A stretch of DNA of 64,000 nucleotides. It comes from Candidatus Neomicrothrix sp. UBA825 (GTDB taxonomy: Bacteria > Actinomycetota > Acidimicrobiia > Acidimicrobiales > UBA8592). Under the pieces are notes generated by a model. That model did not search any database and was not told where the DNA came from. It worked only from the letters and a program-made list of their open reading frames with translations. How positions within the stretch are numbered: the stretch's first letter is position 1; each line of letters starts with the position of its first letter. The position numbers and the translations under genes are program-made. Location of the stretch: NCBI GenBank assembly GCA_002295705.1, contig DBHP01000091.1:43971-107970 (forward strand), read 5' to 3'. Of the stretch, positions 1 through 10,569 are shown piece by piece.

Positions 1-3000
1 TTGCCCTTGGCCAAGAATCGATTATTTCTTTAGCGACTAGAGAACCTGTTTCAAGATTATGCATGGCTAACGTCTCCCTTATGAACGAGACATCGTTCTC
101 ATCTAAATTTTCAAGATCGACGAGTTCTGAATTCACCTTTGCTGGGAAACTGCCCTCCGGATCGAACACATATGCAACCCCTCCGGACATTCCAGCAGCA
201 AAGTTTCGTCCTGTTGAACCCAAAACAATAACTTTTCCACCGGTCATATACTCGCAACCGTGGTCTCCGATACCCTCAACTACTGCTGTAGCTCCTGAAT
301 TTCTTACGGCAAAGCGCTCACCAACTTGCCCTCGAATAAACATTTGGCCCGAAGTTGCACCGTATAAAAGAACGTTTCCTGCTATCACATTATCTTCGGG
401 CTTGAAAGTTGATTTAACTGAAGGATACAAAATTACTCGCCCTCCACTTAACCCTTTTCCTACGTAATCGTTAGCATCACCCTCTAGGCGCAGAGTTATC
501 CCAGATGGCACAAATGCTGCAAAGCTATTACCAGCTGAACCGCTGAATTTAATCTGTATCGTGTCATCTGGCAATCCCTCACCGCCCCACTTCTTTGTCA
601 AGTGATATCCAAGCATTGTTCCCACGGTGCGATTTACATTGCGGATAGGAAGCTCCAAGTTGATCTTGTCCCCATGCCTTAAAGCTCCTTCAGAAAGTTG
701 TATTAATGTTTGATCTAGAGCCTGATCCAAGCCATGCTCCTGTTCTCCATTGCAATAGCGAACCGCATCAGAACTTAATGGTGGTTGATAAAGAATTGGA
801 GAAAGGTCAAGTCCTTCCGCTTTCCAGTGCTCAATACCATCTGTGACATCTAGACATTCGGCCCTTCCAACTGCCTCTTTGAGTGTTTTAAAACCCAATG
901 CAGCTAGAATCTCTCTCACTTCTTCTGCGACAAATTCCATGAAATTCACTACATGATCAGCCTGTCCTGAGAATTTTTCTCTCAGTTCGGGATTTTGAGT
1001 AGCAATGCCAACTGGACATGTATCCAGATGGCAAACTCGCATCATCACACAACCCATTACAACAAGTGGAGCTGTTGCAAATCCGAATTCTTCCGCCCCT
1101 AATAATGCAGCGATCATTACGTCTCTGCCTGTTTTTAACTGGCCGTCACATTGAACAACAATTCGATCACGTAAATTATTCAACAATAAAGTTTGCTGAG
1201 TCTCAGCGAGACCGAGTTCCCACGGTGTTCCAGCATGCTTGATAGAGGTAAGTGGCGATGCCCCTGTTCCTCCATCGTGACCTGATATCAGTACCACGTC
1301 TGCATGAGCCTTTGAAACTCCTGCCGCAACAGTTCCTACTCCGAGCTCAGAGACTAACTTAACGTGAACTCTAGCTTCTGGGTTTGCATTTTTAAGATCG
1401 TGTATCAACTGAGCTAAATCTTCAATCGAATATATGTCGTGATGTGGTGGAGGTGAGATCAAATCAACTCCTGGTGTCGAATGGCGAACTTCAGCGATCC
1501 ATGGCCAAACTTTATGACCCGGTAACTGTCCACCCTCACCCGGTTTAGCTCCTTGAGCCATTTTTATTTGAATATCGTCAGCATTTACCAAATACTCGCT
1601 TGTTACTCCAAACCTTCCAGAAGCTGCTTGTTTGATAGCTGAGCGACGCAGGTCTCCATTCTCATCTGGTGTATATCTCTTAGAGTCCTCACCACCCTCT
1701 CCAGTATTTGACTTAGCACCTATTCGATTCATTGCTATTGCTAAAGTCTCGTGAGCTTCTGCGGAGATTGACCCATAGGACATAGCTCCAGTAGAAAATG
1801 TTTTCATTATTTCACTTGCAGGTTCAACTTCATCAATAGATATAGAGTCCTTAACTCCAGACCTAAATCTAAATAATCCTCGAAGAGTTGCTAGATCTCT
1901 GGCTTGTTCATCAACACGTTTTGTATATTCTTTAAAAATGTCATATCGCTTCTCTTGTGTCGCATGCTGCAATTTAAAGATAGTTTCAGGATTGAATAAG
2001 TGAAATTCCCCTTCGCGTCGCCACTGATATTCCCCACCTGCAATTAAGTCTCGGTGAGCTCTATGGGAAGGGACTTTTGGAAAGGCAATTTGATGCCGTA
2101 ATCTAACTTCTTCCGCCAACTGTGCATACCCGACCCCGCCTAACCTACTCATGGTCCCTGGGAAAGCATCGATAATAAGTGATTGTCCCAAACCTATTGA
2201 TTCAAAAATTTGTGATCCAACGTAGCTACGAACCGTTGAAATCCCCATCTTTGACATAACTTTAAGAACGCCTTTATCGCACGCCTTTACATAATTTAGA
2301 TGGGCCCTTTCAATCGTTAATCTTTGATCGACCTCTTGCTTTTGATGTTGCACAAGATCGGTGATCGTTTCAAAAGCAAGATAAGGGTTTACTGCGTTTG
2401 CTCCATATCCAAGCAAAAGACAAAGATGGTGAACTTCGCGCATTTCACCAGTCTCTATTATCAAGCTGACTTGAGAACGCGACTTTTGCCTCACTAAATG
2501 GTGGTGAACGGCAGCTGTGGCTAAGAGGGCTGGAATGGGTGCATGACTAGCACTTGCTCCCCTGTCCGAAAGTACTAATAGATTCTTACCGTCTTCTATG
2601 GCTTGTGTAGCGAATGCGCGAATATTCTCAATACCGGCCCGCAAACCGCTTCCACCTTCATCTACCGGATATACACAGGGGATGATCTGTGTTTTAAAAT
2701 CTTCCAGGCCATCCTGCCCGCTGATTTCACCATCTATATCTAATATATTCATAAGTTCACTATTTAGAAGCACCGGATGATCTATGAATATTCGACGAGC
2801 AGATTTTGGTGTAGGATCTAGCAGATTTCTTTCCGGCCCCAACCACCCACAAGTAGATGTGACTATTTCTTCCCTGATTGCGTCTAAAGGTGGATTAGTT
2901 ACTTGAGCAAATAACTGCTGAAAGTAATCATAGAGAAGCCTCGGTCTACTAGAAAGCACTGCTACAGGAGTGTCTGTACCCATTGAACCAATGGCTTCTT

Positions 3001-4522
3001 TACCAAACTGATACATCGGAGATAGCAAGAGCTTTATTTCTTCATTTGTATAACCAAATAGTTTCTGTCGTGTGAGCAGGGTACTATCTTCAGGTCTTGG
3101 TACATGTCGTTCGGGTAGTTCACTCAAATCTACTTGGTTTTCTTTGAGCCATGATCCGTAGGGGCGTTGAGAGACTAGCTTTGATTTTATCTCTTCGTCC
3201 CTTACGATCCTTCCTTCAGTTGTATCGATGAAGAACATCTTTCCAGGCTGTAATCGTCCCTTTTCAATGATATTTTCAGGGGCTACGTCAACTACTCCAA
3301 CTTCAGACGCCATGATTACGAGATCATCATTTGTGACCCAATACCTTGATGGACGAAGTCCATTTCGATCTAATACAGCGCCAACTACTGTGCCGTCAGT
3401 GAATATTATTGATGCAGGCCCGTCCCATGGTTCCATCCGTGCAGACTGGTATTTATAGAAATCTTTTAATGACTGATCCATGCTTTCATGATTTTCCCAA
3501 GGCTCGGGAATCATCATTAGCACTGCTTCTTGCAAAGAATAGCCAGCTAGCACTAATAGCTCTAAACATTCGTCAAAAGCGGCAGTGTCAGATGCGCCGG
3601 GAGTACAAATTGGAAATAAGCTTTCTAGCTCAGCTTCCAGAAGATCTGATTGCATTAAAGCTTCTCGTGCACGCATCCAGTTTCTATTACCCTGAACTGT
3701 GTTAATCTCTCCATTGTGAGCGACAAACCTATAAGGATGAGCGAGCGGCCATGACGGAAAAGTGTTCGTGGAGAATCTTGAGTGCACCAATGCTAGTGCG
3801 CTTTCTACTCTGGGGTCTTTAAGATCTCGGTAGAAATCCCCTAGCTGCGGGGTTGTTAGCATTCCCTTGTAGACAAAAGTTCTGGAAGAGAGACTTGGGA
3901 AGTATACGCCTTGATGTGTTTTAGACATTCCGCCCATCCCTTGGGTAGCTACGTCTATATGCTCAAATACGATTTCGTTTTCGCAGCGTTTGCGAAGGAC
4001 GTATGCACGCCTGTCAAGCGCTATCCCACCAATTAAATCTCCATCCGTAGAAGTAGCTGAAACGAATAGTTGCAAGAACTTAGGCATTGTTCCGAGTGCA
4101 CCACTCCCTAGGAAAGAGCTGTCAACTGGGACTTCGCGCCAACCCAGTACATCTAAATTTAAACTTGTTGCTATTATTTCTGTCTGATTTATTGCCGAGT
4201 CACATTTATTATCATCTTGTGGCATAAACGCTATGCCCGTTGCATACTGCCCCATTGGCGGAAGTTCAAAATCGACGATTTCTCTCAGGAACCTATCGGG
4301 AATCTGTATGAGGATTCCAGCACCATCTCCAGTGTTTTTCTCCGCCCCTAATGCACCTCGATGCTGCAACTGGCATAGGGCAGCAATTCCAGAGGATACT
4401 ATTTCGTGACTGGCGCGTCCCTTTAAATCCGCAATGAAGTTAACGCCGCAGGAGTCATGCTCAAACGCAGGGTTATATAAGCCTTGTTCTATAGGCAAAT
4501 CTGGATTGATATTACTTTTCAC
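1..4522 (-). CDS. gltB: Glutamate synthase large subunit (3' end runs off the window)
   Basis: Read manually on the minus strand: GTG at 4522 gives [27 protein letters not shown] (HDxCG propeptide/GATase start); internal [14 protein letters not shown] and [14 protein letters not shown]; GXGXG-domain text and [12 protein letters not shown] near base 1, in the same frame as the start. Confidence 0.95.
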   Translation of the reverse strand, partial: MKSNINPDLPIEQGLYNPAFEHDSCGVNFIADLKGRASHEIVSSGIAALCQLQHRGALGAEKNTGDGAGILIQIPDRFLREIVDFELPPMGQYATGIAFMPQDDNKCDSAINQTEIIATSLNLDVLGWREVPVDSSFLGSGALGTMPKFLQLFVSATSTDGDLIGGIALDRRAYVLRKRCENEIVFEHIDVATQGMGGMSKTHQGVYFPSLSSRTFVYKGMLTTPQLGDFYRDLKDPRVESALALVHSRFSTNTFPSWPLAHPYRFVAHNGEINTVQGNRNWMRAREALMQSDLLEAELESLFPICTPGASDTAAFDECLELLVLAGYSLQEAVLMMIPEPWENHESMDQSLKDFYKYQSARMEPWDGPASIIFTDGTVVGAVLDRNGLRPSRYWVTNDDLVIMASEVGVVDVAPENIIEKGRLQPGKMFFIDTTEGRIVRDEEIKSKLVSQRPYGSWLKENQVDLSELPERHVPRPEDSTLLTRQKLFGYTNEEIKLLLSPMYQFGKEAIGSMGTDTPVAVLSSRPRLLYDYFQQLFAQVTNPPLDAIREEIVTSTCGWLGPERNLLDPTPKSARRIFIDHPVLLNSELMNILDIDGEISGQDGLEDFKTQIIPCVYPVDEGGSGLRAGIENIRAFATQAIEDGKNLLVLSDRGASASHAPIPALLATAAVHHHLVRQKSRSQVSLIIETGEMREVHHLCLLLGYGANAVNPYLAFETITDLVQHQKQEVDQRLTIERAHLNYVKACDKGVLKVMSKMGISTVRSYVGSQIFESIGLGQSLIIDAFPGTMSRLGGVGYAQLAEEVRLRHQIAFPKVPSHRAHRDLIAGGEYQWRREGEFHLFNPETIFKLQHATQEKRYDIFKEYTKRVDEQARDLATLRGLFRFRSGVKDSISIDEVEPASEIMKTFSTGAMSYGSISAEAHETLAIAMNRIGAKSNTGEGGEDSKRYTPDENGDLRRSAIKQAASGRFGVTSEYLVNADDIQIKMAQGAKPGEGGQLPGHKVWPWIAEVRHSTPGVDLISPPPHHDIYSIEDLAQLIHDLKNANPEARVHVKLVSELGVGTVAAGVSKAHADVVLISGHDGGTGASPLTSIKHAGTPWELGLAETQQTLLLNNLRDRIVVQCDGQLKTGRDVMIAALLGAEEFGFATAPLVVMGCVMMRVCHLDTCPVGIATQNPELREKFSGQADHVVNFMEFVAEEVREILAALGFKTLKEAVGRAECLDVTDGIEHWKAEGLDLSPILYQPPLSSDAVRYCNGEQEHGLDQALDQTLIQLSEGALRHGDKINLELPIRNVNRTVGTMLGYHLTKKWGGEGLPDDTIQIKFSGSAGNSFAAFVPSGITLRLEGDANDYVGKGLSGGRVILYPSVKSTFKPEDNVIAGNVLLYGATSGQMFIRGQVGERFAVRNSGATAVVEGIGDHGCEYMTGGKVIVLGSTGRNFAAGMSGGVAYVFDPEGSFPAKVNSELVDLENLDENDVSFIRETLAMHNLETGSLVAKEIIDSWPRA

Positions 4523-4663
4523 ACGTTTCCTTAGATGCTGTACGACTAGGACAGCGTGAGGCGACGTTGACCCAGCTAATGATAGTTTATCAATTCTTAC
4601 GAAGTTTTAACTAGTCAAGACACTTAAGTAGCGGTTGGCACATAATAAAGGCATGCTGTTTAG

Positions 4664-5941
4664 GTGAATACGTTACAAGAGAACCACAACGAATTGTTCA
4701 AATTTCTGGACACTTCGACCTCTCCCTACCACGCTGTTAAGAACGTGCGAGAACATCTACTTGAAGTCAACTTTACTCAATTAGATGAGCAGGCGCCATG
4801 GGAGCTATCAACAGGAGGTTATTTTATTGAGCGTGATGGGAGTATCGCTGCATGGTACTTTAAGGAGTCGGAGGAAGCAACGAATGGGCTAGCTATCGTA
4901 TCAGCGCATACCGATAGCCCGAATCTTCGTTTAAAACCTATCTTGAAGGGGCATCAAGTTGGCTTGTCTCAGTTTGGTGTTGAAGTGTACGGTGGCGCCT
5001 TGCTGAATAGTTGGCTTGATAGAGATCTAGGAATCTCTGGTCGGCTCATCACACTTTCACCAAATGGTGATATCAAAGAAAACTTGGTGCAGATCAATGA
5101 ACCCCTTGCGAAAATCCCCCAACTTGCCATCCATTTAAATAGATCTGTCAACGAGAATGGCCTGATCCTTAATCCCCAACAACACCTTCGTCCCATTTGG
5201 AATGACACTTCTTCCGACACTACGGATCTTATTGATTTTATTTCAGCTGAATCTGGAATCGACCGTCAAAGTATCCAATCGTGGGATTTGATGCTCCACG
5301 ATCTTCAGAAGGCGAGCTATGTGGGCGCTGACAGACAATGGGTAGCTTCAGCTCGGATTGATAACCTCACCTCTTGTTACGCTTCTTTATCTTCGTTCAT
5401 CAAGAGTGTCTCTGATGGACGATCTAAAAGAGTGCCCATACTCTGCCTATTTAATCATGAGGAGGTTGGTAGTACTTCTGCAGCGGGCGCAGCTGGCAAT
5501 CTATTACCGTTATTAATTCAACGCATCTTTAAAGGCAAAGACTACTCAGAGGCTATGGCTAATTCGATACTAGTCTCTGCAGATGGCGCCCATGCCACTC
5601 ATCCGAATTATCTTGAAAAACATGATTTAGACCACGAAATCAGAATGAACGCTGGGATAGCTATTAAACGGAATAGCAACGAGCGGTATGCAACGACTGC
5701 AATCGGGCAGGCAACTGCGCAGAGGATCTGCGAAAGCAACAATATCCCCTATCAACTATTCAACAATAGAAGTGACCTTGCCTGTGGGTCGACCATCGGG
5801 CCTATCAGCTCTGCGAATTTAGGCATCAGCACAATAGATCTTGGCATACCACAATTATCTATGCACTCCACAAGGGAGTTATGTGGCATAAGCGACGTCG
5901 CGTATCTTGAAGACTTTTTGTTTAATTTTTTGGGAAGCTGA
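4664..5941 (+). CDS. M18 family (aspartyl) aminopeptidase
   Basis: SPYHAV, AHTDSP, VEVYGG, RIDN, HEEVGS, DGAHATHPNY, CGSTIGP and SMHS motifs. Confidence 0.92.
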   Translation: MNTLQENHNELFKFLDTSTSPYHAVKNVREHLLEVNFTQLDEQAPWELSTGGYFIERDGSIAAWYFKESEEATNGLAIVSAHTDSPNLRLKPILKGHQVGLSQFGVEVYGGALLNSWLDRDLGISGRLITLSPNGDIKENLVQINEPLAKIPQLAIHLNRSVNENGLILNPQQHLRPIWNDTSSDTTDLIDFISAESGIDRQSIQSWDLMLHDLQKASYVGADRQWVASARIDNLTSCYASLSSFIKSVSDGRSKRVPILCLFNHEEVGSTSAAGAAGNLLPLLIQRIFKGKDYSEAMANSILVSADGAHATHPNYLEKHDLDHEIRMNAGIAIKRNSNERYATTAIGQATAQRICESNNIPYQLFNNRSDLACGSTIGPISSANLGISTIDLGIPQLSMHSTRELCGISDVAYLEDFLFNFLGS

Positions 5942-7474
5942 TTATCTAATTTTCAACCTGTCCACAAGAGATAGAAACATGAGAAGTACAGCGTAGATCT
6001 CGAGCCGCCCAATAATCATCAAGATAGCAATGATTGAGCGGCTGCCTCTTTCAAATTCTAGAAAATTCGATGTGGGACCAGCTTCGCCTAAAGCCGGCCC
6101 CATGTTACTCATTGCCGAAATTGATCCGCTGAGAGCCGTTACTAAATCTTCGTTGAAAAAGAACGTCAATGAAACAGTCCCAATAATAACCAAGGAAATA
6201 AATAGGGCAATAAAGCCTAGTATTGAGGCCACAACCTTTTCTTCAATCTTTTCCTTGCCGACCTTTATTGGGTATTCTCCACTCGGTCTCCGAATCAATT
6301 TCAACTCTCTTGAGAGAGCCTTGAAGCCGATTTGCATCCGGAAAATTTTCATTCCTCCAGCTGTGGAGCCAAAAGTACCTCCAACTGTCATTAGGAATAG
6401 AAGTAACAATTGACTTGCTGTGCCCCATAAAACAAAGTTGCCTATTCCATCTGGTCGAACATTCCCAAACCCTGTACTACTTGCAAGGGTAACTACGTTA
6501 AATAAAGAATCTCTGAAAGCTGTACCCACTTCAACCGAATCCATTAACCAATTCATGAGAAATATCACTGCGATAAACAAGAAAGTGATCCTGACGTACA
6601 GCTTCCATTCTGAAGAGCGAGTGAAAACACGAAAATCACCCTTATTCTTCCAAAATTTATATTGCAGGTTGTAGTTCATCGCTCCGATAAACATTCCAAA
6701 TATAATAATTAACTCAACGAGATAAGAATCAAAGCTTCCTATCGAGCTATTCTTTGTTGAGAATCCTCCGCTAGCTGCTGTTGAAAGACCGTGAGCTACC
6801 GCATCATACAGGCCCACATCAGGGGTAGCCCAAAGGAGCAATGCAATGGTTATCGTCACTCCGAAATACACAATCCAAAGTGATTTAGCTGTATCAATAG
6901 AGCGTGCGCGCAACTTATCCGATTCGTGACCCGGAGACTCCGCAGTCATTAACTGAAGTCCACCTACTCCTAAACTTGGCAAGACAGTAACTGCAAGCAC
7001 AATGATGCCCATACCTCCGTACCATTGCGTAAGTTGACGCCAAAATAAAATACCCCTACTACTAGCTTCAATATCTTGGAGGACTGTTGATCCAGTGGTG
7101 GTAAATCCAGAAATTGTCTCAAATAAAGCACCGTCAATTCTAGACCAAGGAAAAACGCCAGCGAAAAGGTACGGGAGCATTCCAACTAAAACACACCCGA
7201 CCCAACTCCACGCAACTACTGAGTAAATAGCTTTAGGCCTATCCATTGAATCATCTGCAATTGATGTGACTGCCCTGAGAAATAAACCTAATACTGCAGC
7301 AATCGCAGCGGTAGCAAACAGGGAAAATTCATGGTGCGAATCAGAAGATACCCACTCGATTAACCCAGAAATTACCAACCCTGGCGTGAGAAAAAGGAGG
7401 GTTAGCCCGATTATGTTTATTGTTGCAGACTCAAATAGTCCTTCAAGAAAGAACCGTCTAGAGAATTTCATCAC
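5942..7474 (-). CDS. trkH: TrkH family K+ uptake membrane protein (canonical copy)
   Basis: Four pore loops SGFTTTG, ASGGFS, SSTGFG and SNMGPA; QWYGGMG, GSTAGGMK and GRLE. Confidence 0.93.
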   Translation of the reverse strand: MMKFSRRFFLEGLFESATINIIGLTLLFLTPGLVISGLIEWVSSDSHHEFSLFATAAIAAVLGLFLRAVTSIADDSMDRPKAIYSVVAWSWVGCVLVGMLPYLFAGVFPWSRIDGALFETISGFTTTGSTVLQDIEASSRGILFWRQLTQWYGGMGIIVLAVTVLPSLGVGGLQLMTAESPGHESDKLRARSIDTAKSLWIVYFGVTITIALLLWATPDVGLYDAVAHGLSTAASGGFSTKNSSIGSFDSYLVELIIIFGMFIGAMNYNLQYKFWKNKGDFRVFTRSSEWKLYVRITFLFIAVIFLMNWLMDSVEVGTAFRDSLFNVVTLASSTGFGNVRPDGIGNFVLWGTASQLLLLFLMTVGGTFGSTAGGMKIFRMQIGFKALSRELKLIRRPSGEYPIKVGKEKIEEKVVASILGFIALFISLVIIGTVSLTFFFNEDLVTALSGSISAMSNMGPALGEAGPTSNFLEFERGSRSIIAILMIIGRLEIYAVLLMFLSLVDRLKIR

Positions 7475-8999
7475 TTGGCCCTTCGTTAGGGAGCAGTCCG
7501 CGGAAATTTAATTTAATTGTTTGTGATAATTTTAAAACCATATACGCAGCAGGAAGTATTGAAAGTCTGCCCACTACCATCAAAACACTAAGAGTGGAAT
7601 TTCCTAGAATCCCATACTCATTCGTCAAACCAGCTTCAGTAATCGGAGGTCCCGCAGTCACGAATGCTGATAATGAAACAGCAATTGAATCTTCAATTTG
7701 TAGCGACTCGCTATCCAGCGAAAGTAGAAATGAGCCGGTAGCAATGATAAATATGAAGATGGCTGTGTAACCCTGAAGCTTGTCAAGCTCTCGCTCATTT
7801 ACTACTTCACCACTGACTTTGATTTTTCTAATTGCTTGTCTGTTATATTTTCGCGTCAGCTCTCTACGCAAATATTTAATTAATTCAATGAGCCTATGAA
7901 CCCCAAAGCCGCTACCTGGTGACCCAGCCATTCCACCTGTCGCAAGAAGCAATAACGCAATAGCGCTAATCCCCGAAGAGAATTCCCAACCCGTATTGGT
8001 ATAGCCAGTTGTGCTTAGTAGTGATGAGACCTTGAAGAACGCATCTCGGACTTGATAGTCGAAGGGACCTACAAAGTCTCCTTTTAACCAAAATAGAGCG
8101 GCCCCACCGAAGAACATCACTAAATAGAGCCGCAATTCATTATTTGATTTAATACTTTGTAGTTTTTTTCTACCAATCCACCAAATGATCCCTAAATTAA
8201 GGCCACCTAGAAACATTGCGCATATCAACACCCACTCAATAGGCCCTGACTGGAAAGATGATATCGACGATACCTTCGTGCTGAACCCCCCCGTAGAGGA
8301 AGTAGTTAACGAGTGCGCAAAGGAATCAAATAATCCCATTCCTGCAACATTTAGAGCAGCGAATACGCATATCGTAAGACCGATATAAAGAATACTGATT
8401 TCCTGCATACGTTTTAATGGCTTTCGCGAGAATATTTTGGGCGCGTAGGCTGCAGACGGGTTATCCCCGCTCGAACTTATTGGAGTGGCTACAAAAACAT
8501 AGAATAGGGCGCCTAACCCTCCTACCCATTGTGTTAATGATCTGGATAGCTTAATTGATGTAGGCAAAGTTTCTGGGTTAAGGGTAGAAATTGCTGTTGT
8601 AGTTATTCCAGATGCCGATTCAAGAATGGCTACATCAATTGTGTCAACTACACCGGAAGCTAATAGCAGTGCTGACTGAAAGGCTATGAAAATTAAAATA
8701 AAATAGAAGCTAAAAGAAAAGACTTCCGATGGCTTATTAAGTTCAATGTTCTTTAAATTTTTTAAATTGAATACAGAGAATAGCGATAAGGATAATCCTG
8801 AAATGAGCAAGACCAACGAAACCCTTCCACCAGCACCAGAGGGATAGTCCGCGAAACCTGCGACGATTGAAATAGCGCCAAGCGTCATAGATGCATAAAG
8901 CATAGAACCGTAGCTGCTTAGCAACCCATTGGAATTTTTGAAGTTGCGCATCTGATTAAATTTTAGCGTGGCTGTTCGCATCGGGAAACTGAATGACAC
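7458..8999 (-). CDS. TrkH family cation transporter, divergent paralogue (true start probably downstream of 8999)
   Basis: SGITTTA, QWVGGLG, STGGFS, TTGY and GRLS; hydrophobic; overlaps the next trkH. Confidence 0.85.
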   Translation of the reverse strand: MSFSFPMRTATLKFNQMRNFKNSNGLLSSYGSMLYASMTLGAISIVAGFADYPSGAGGRVSLVLLISGLSLSLFSVFNLKNLKNIELNKPSEVFSFSFYFILIFIAFQSALLLASGVVDTIDVAILESASGITTTAISTLNPETLPTSIKLSRSLTQWVGGLGALFYVFVATPISSSGDNPSAAYAPKIFSRKPLKRMQEISILYIGLTICVFAALNVAGMGLFDSFAHSLTTSSTGGFSTKVSSISSFQSGPIEWVLICAMFLGGLNLGIIWWIGRKKLQSIKSNNELRLYLVMFFGGAALFWLKGDFVGPFDYQVRDAFFKVSSLLSTTGYTNTGWEFSSGISAIALLLLATGGMAGSPGSGFGVHRLIELIKYLRRELTRKYNRQAIRKIKVSGEVVNERELDKLQGYTAIFIFIIATGSFLLSLDSESLQIEDSIAVSLSAFVTAGPPITEAGLTNEYGILGNSTLSVLMVVGRLSILPAAYMVLKLSQTIKLNFRGLLPNEGPSDEIL

Positions 9000-9005
9000 A
9001 GAAAA

Positions 9006-10397
9006 CTAATCTTTGGAAGGCTCTGAAATAAAATAGTCTTTTCTTATAACATCAACCTGCTCGGGAGGAGCTATGAGCAGAACAGTGTCATCAGCATGCA
9101 GTTGAGTTGACCCTCTCACGATCGAGGGTTCATCATTTCGAATAAAAGCCCCTATCAGTACATCTCTTGGCAACTTAAGCTGTCTCACTTTCTTCTCCAC
9201 AGCCCTGCTTTTCGCACCAACCTTAAGCTCAACTACTTCAAAATCCTGATCAACACCCAAGAATGTTGCCACATCTTTTACATCATGAACATATCTAAGA
9301 ACGCGATTTGCGCTTGCTGTTACTGGTGAGAGCGTTGAATCAACATCTGCGAAATCAAGCACGTCCATCAGTTTCAGCTTGTGAAGGATGGCTATAGTCC
9401 GATCAGTACCTAAAGATTTCGCGTACATACAGGAAAGAACGTTAGCTTCATCTTTACCAGTGAGTGCCACAGCGGCGTCATATTTGCCAGCATCAATTTC
9501 AGAAATAAACTGCGCATCGGTGATATCGCCTTTTCTTATATCTACTCCATCAAGTTTCTCTGCTAATTCCTCTGCTCTGATCGGGTCAGATTCCACTAAA
9601 GTAACTTCTCGGAATTTCATATTTACGAGTCTTCTCGCCAAAAACTCTCCTGTCCGACCACCGCCGAGGAGAAGAATTCGTTTATTTTTTTTCCGTTTAA
9701 ATCCCAGAGTTTCAAGTACTTTGCTCTTTTCGCTTCTCTTGATCACAAGCCATATATGATCTCCCATTTGAAGGGTTTCTTCAGAACGCGGAATCTTAGC
9801 TTCCCCTTCGCGACGGAGAGCCGCTACCAGGAAACTCCAATCGGGTTCGTATTCAGCCCCTATTTGAGAGAGAGTCTTCCCACAGAAATCGGCTTCAGCA
9901 GTAACTGTTACCCCAATAACTACCACTTGACCATCACCCAAAGTTGCGATTTCATCTGCACCCCAAGAATCCAGTAGTTCTGATATCTCACGTGCAGTAT
10001 CCTCATCAGGATCAAAAATAAGGTCAGGTCTTTCACCCCCCAGGAACCAGGGCTCTGATTTAGCAGATGCTTTGATTTCGTTAGCTTCTATTCGAATTAT
10101 TGATTTCTCTACTCCCCTGTTTCGAGCGTAAAGATTAGCTAATAGGTTCACCTCATCATTTGACGAGACTGCTACTAGAAGATCTGCCTCATCAATACCC
10201 GCCATTTCAAGCACTTCTGGATGGCTTCCGCTACCTTTAACCATGGTTGCATCCAAAACGCCATCCAGTTCTTTAATACGGCCATCATCAGGGTCAATGA
10301 CTGAAACATTCATATTTTGCGTTTGGTGCTTGGGATCAGTAAGTAGGCGGGTTATGTATGCACCTACTTCCCCAGCCCCGATTACAACTATGTTCAC
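9006..10397 (-). CDS. trkA: Trk system regulatory subunit TrkA (tandem RCK domains)
   Basis: Two Rossmann motifs (IGAGEVG, LGGGRTG), DEVN and DEAN motifs, 463 aa, upstream of two trkH genes. Confidence 0.93.
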   Translation of the reverse strand: MNIVVIGAGEVGAYITRLLTDPKHQTQNMNVSVIDPDDGRIKELDGVLDATMVKGSGSHPEVLEMAGIDEADLLVAVSSNDEVNLLANLYARNRGVEKSIIRIEANEIKASAKSEPWFLGGERPDLIFDPDEDTAREISELLDSWGADEIATLGDGQVVVIGVTVTAEADFCGKTLSQIGAEYEPDWSFLVAALRREGEAKIPRSEETLQMGDHIWLVIKRSEKSKVLETLGFKRKKNKRILLLGGGRTGEFLARRLVNMKFREVTLVESDPIRAEELAEKLDGVDIRKGDITDAQFISEIDAGKYDAAVALTGKDEANVLSCMYAKSLGTDRTIAILHKLKLMDVLDFADVDSTLSPVTASANRVLRYVHDVKDVATFLGVDQDFEVVELKVGAKSRAVEKKVRQLKLPRDVLIGAFIRNDEPSIVRGSTQLHADDTVLLIAPPEQVDVIRKDYFISEPSKD

Positions 10398-10569
10398 TCC
10401 TATTTGGTAACAGTTTTCTAGCTAGAAATCATAGATACTTCAAAAAAATATATCTCTTTCGATACAAATTACCTGAAATACTTACCAAAGCTTCCGCTTC
10501 CATATAGACTTCCGGATTGTACTTGTAAGAGAATAAAGAAATTTTTTTACCCAGTTAAGAGGAGCAACA

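Noticed and set aside
63-4187. Six short plus-strand ORFs at the window start
   Set aside because: Antisense shadows of gltB, which the ORF track omitted because its stop lies outside the window.
10398-10569. Possible c-di-AMP or Na+ riboswitch between trkA and hppA
   Set aside because: AT-rich with no recognisable conserved stems by eye; an Rfam search would be needed to exclude it fully.
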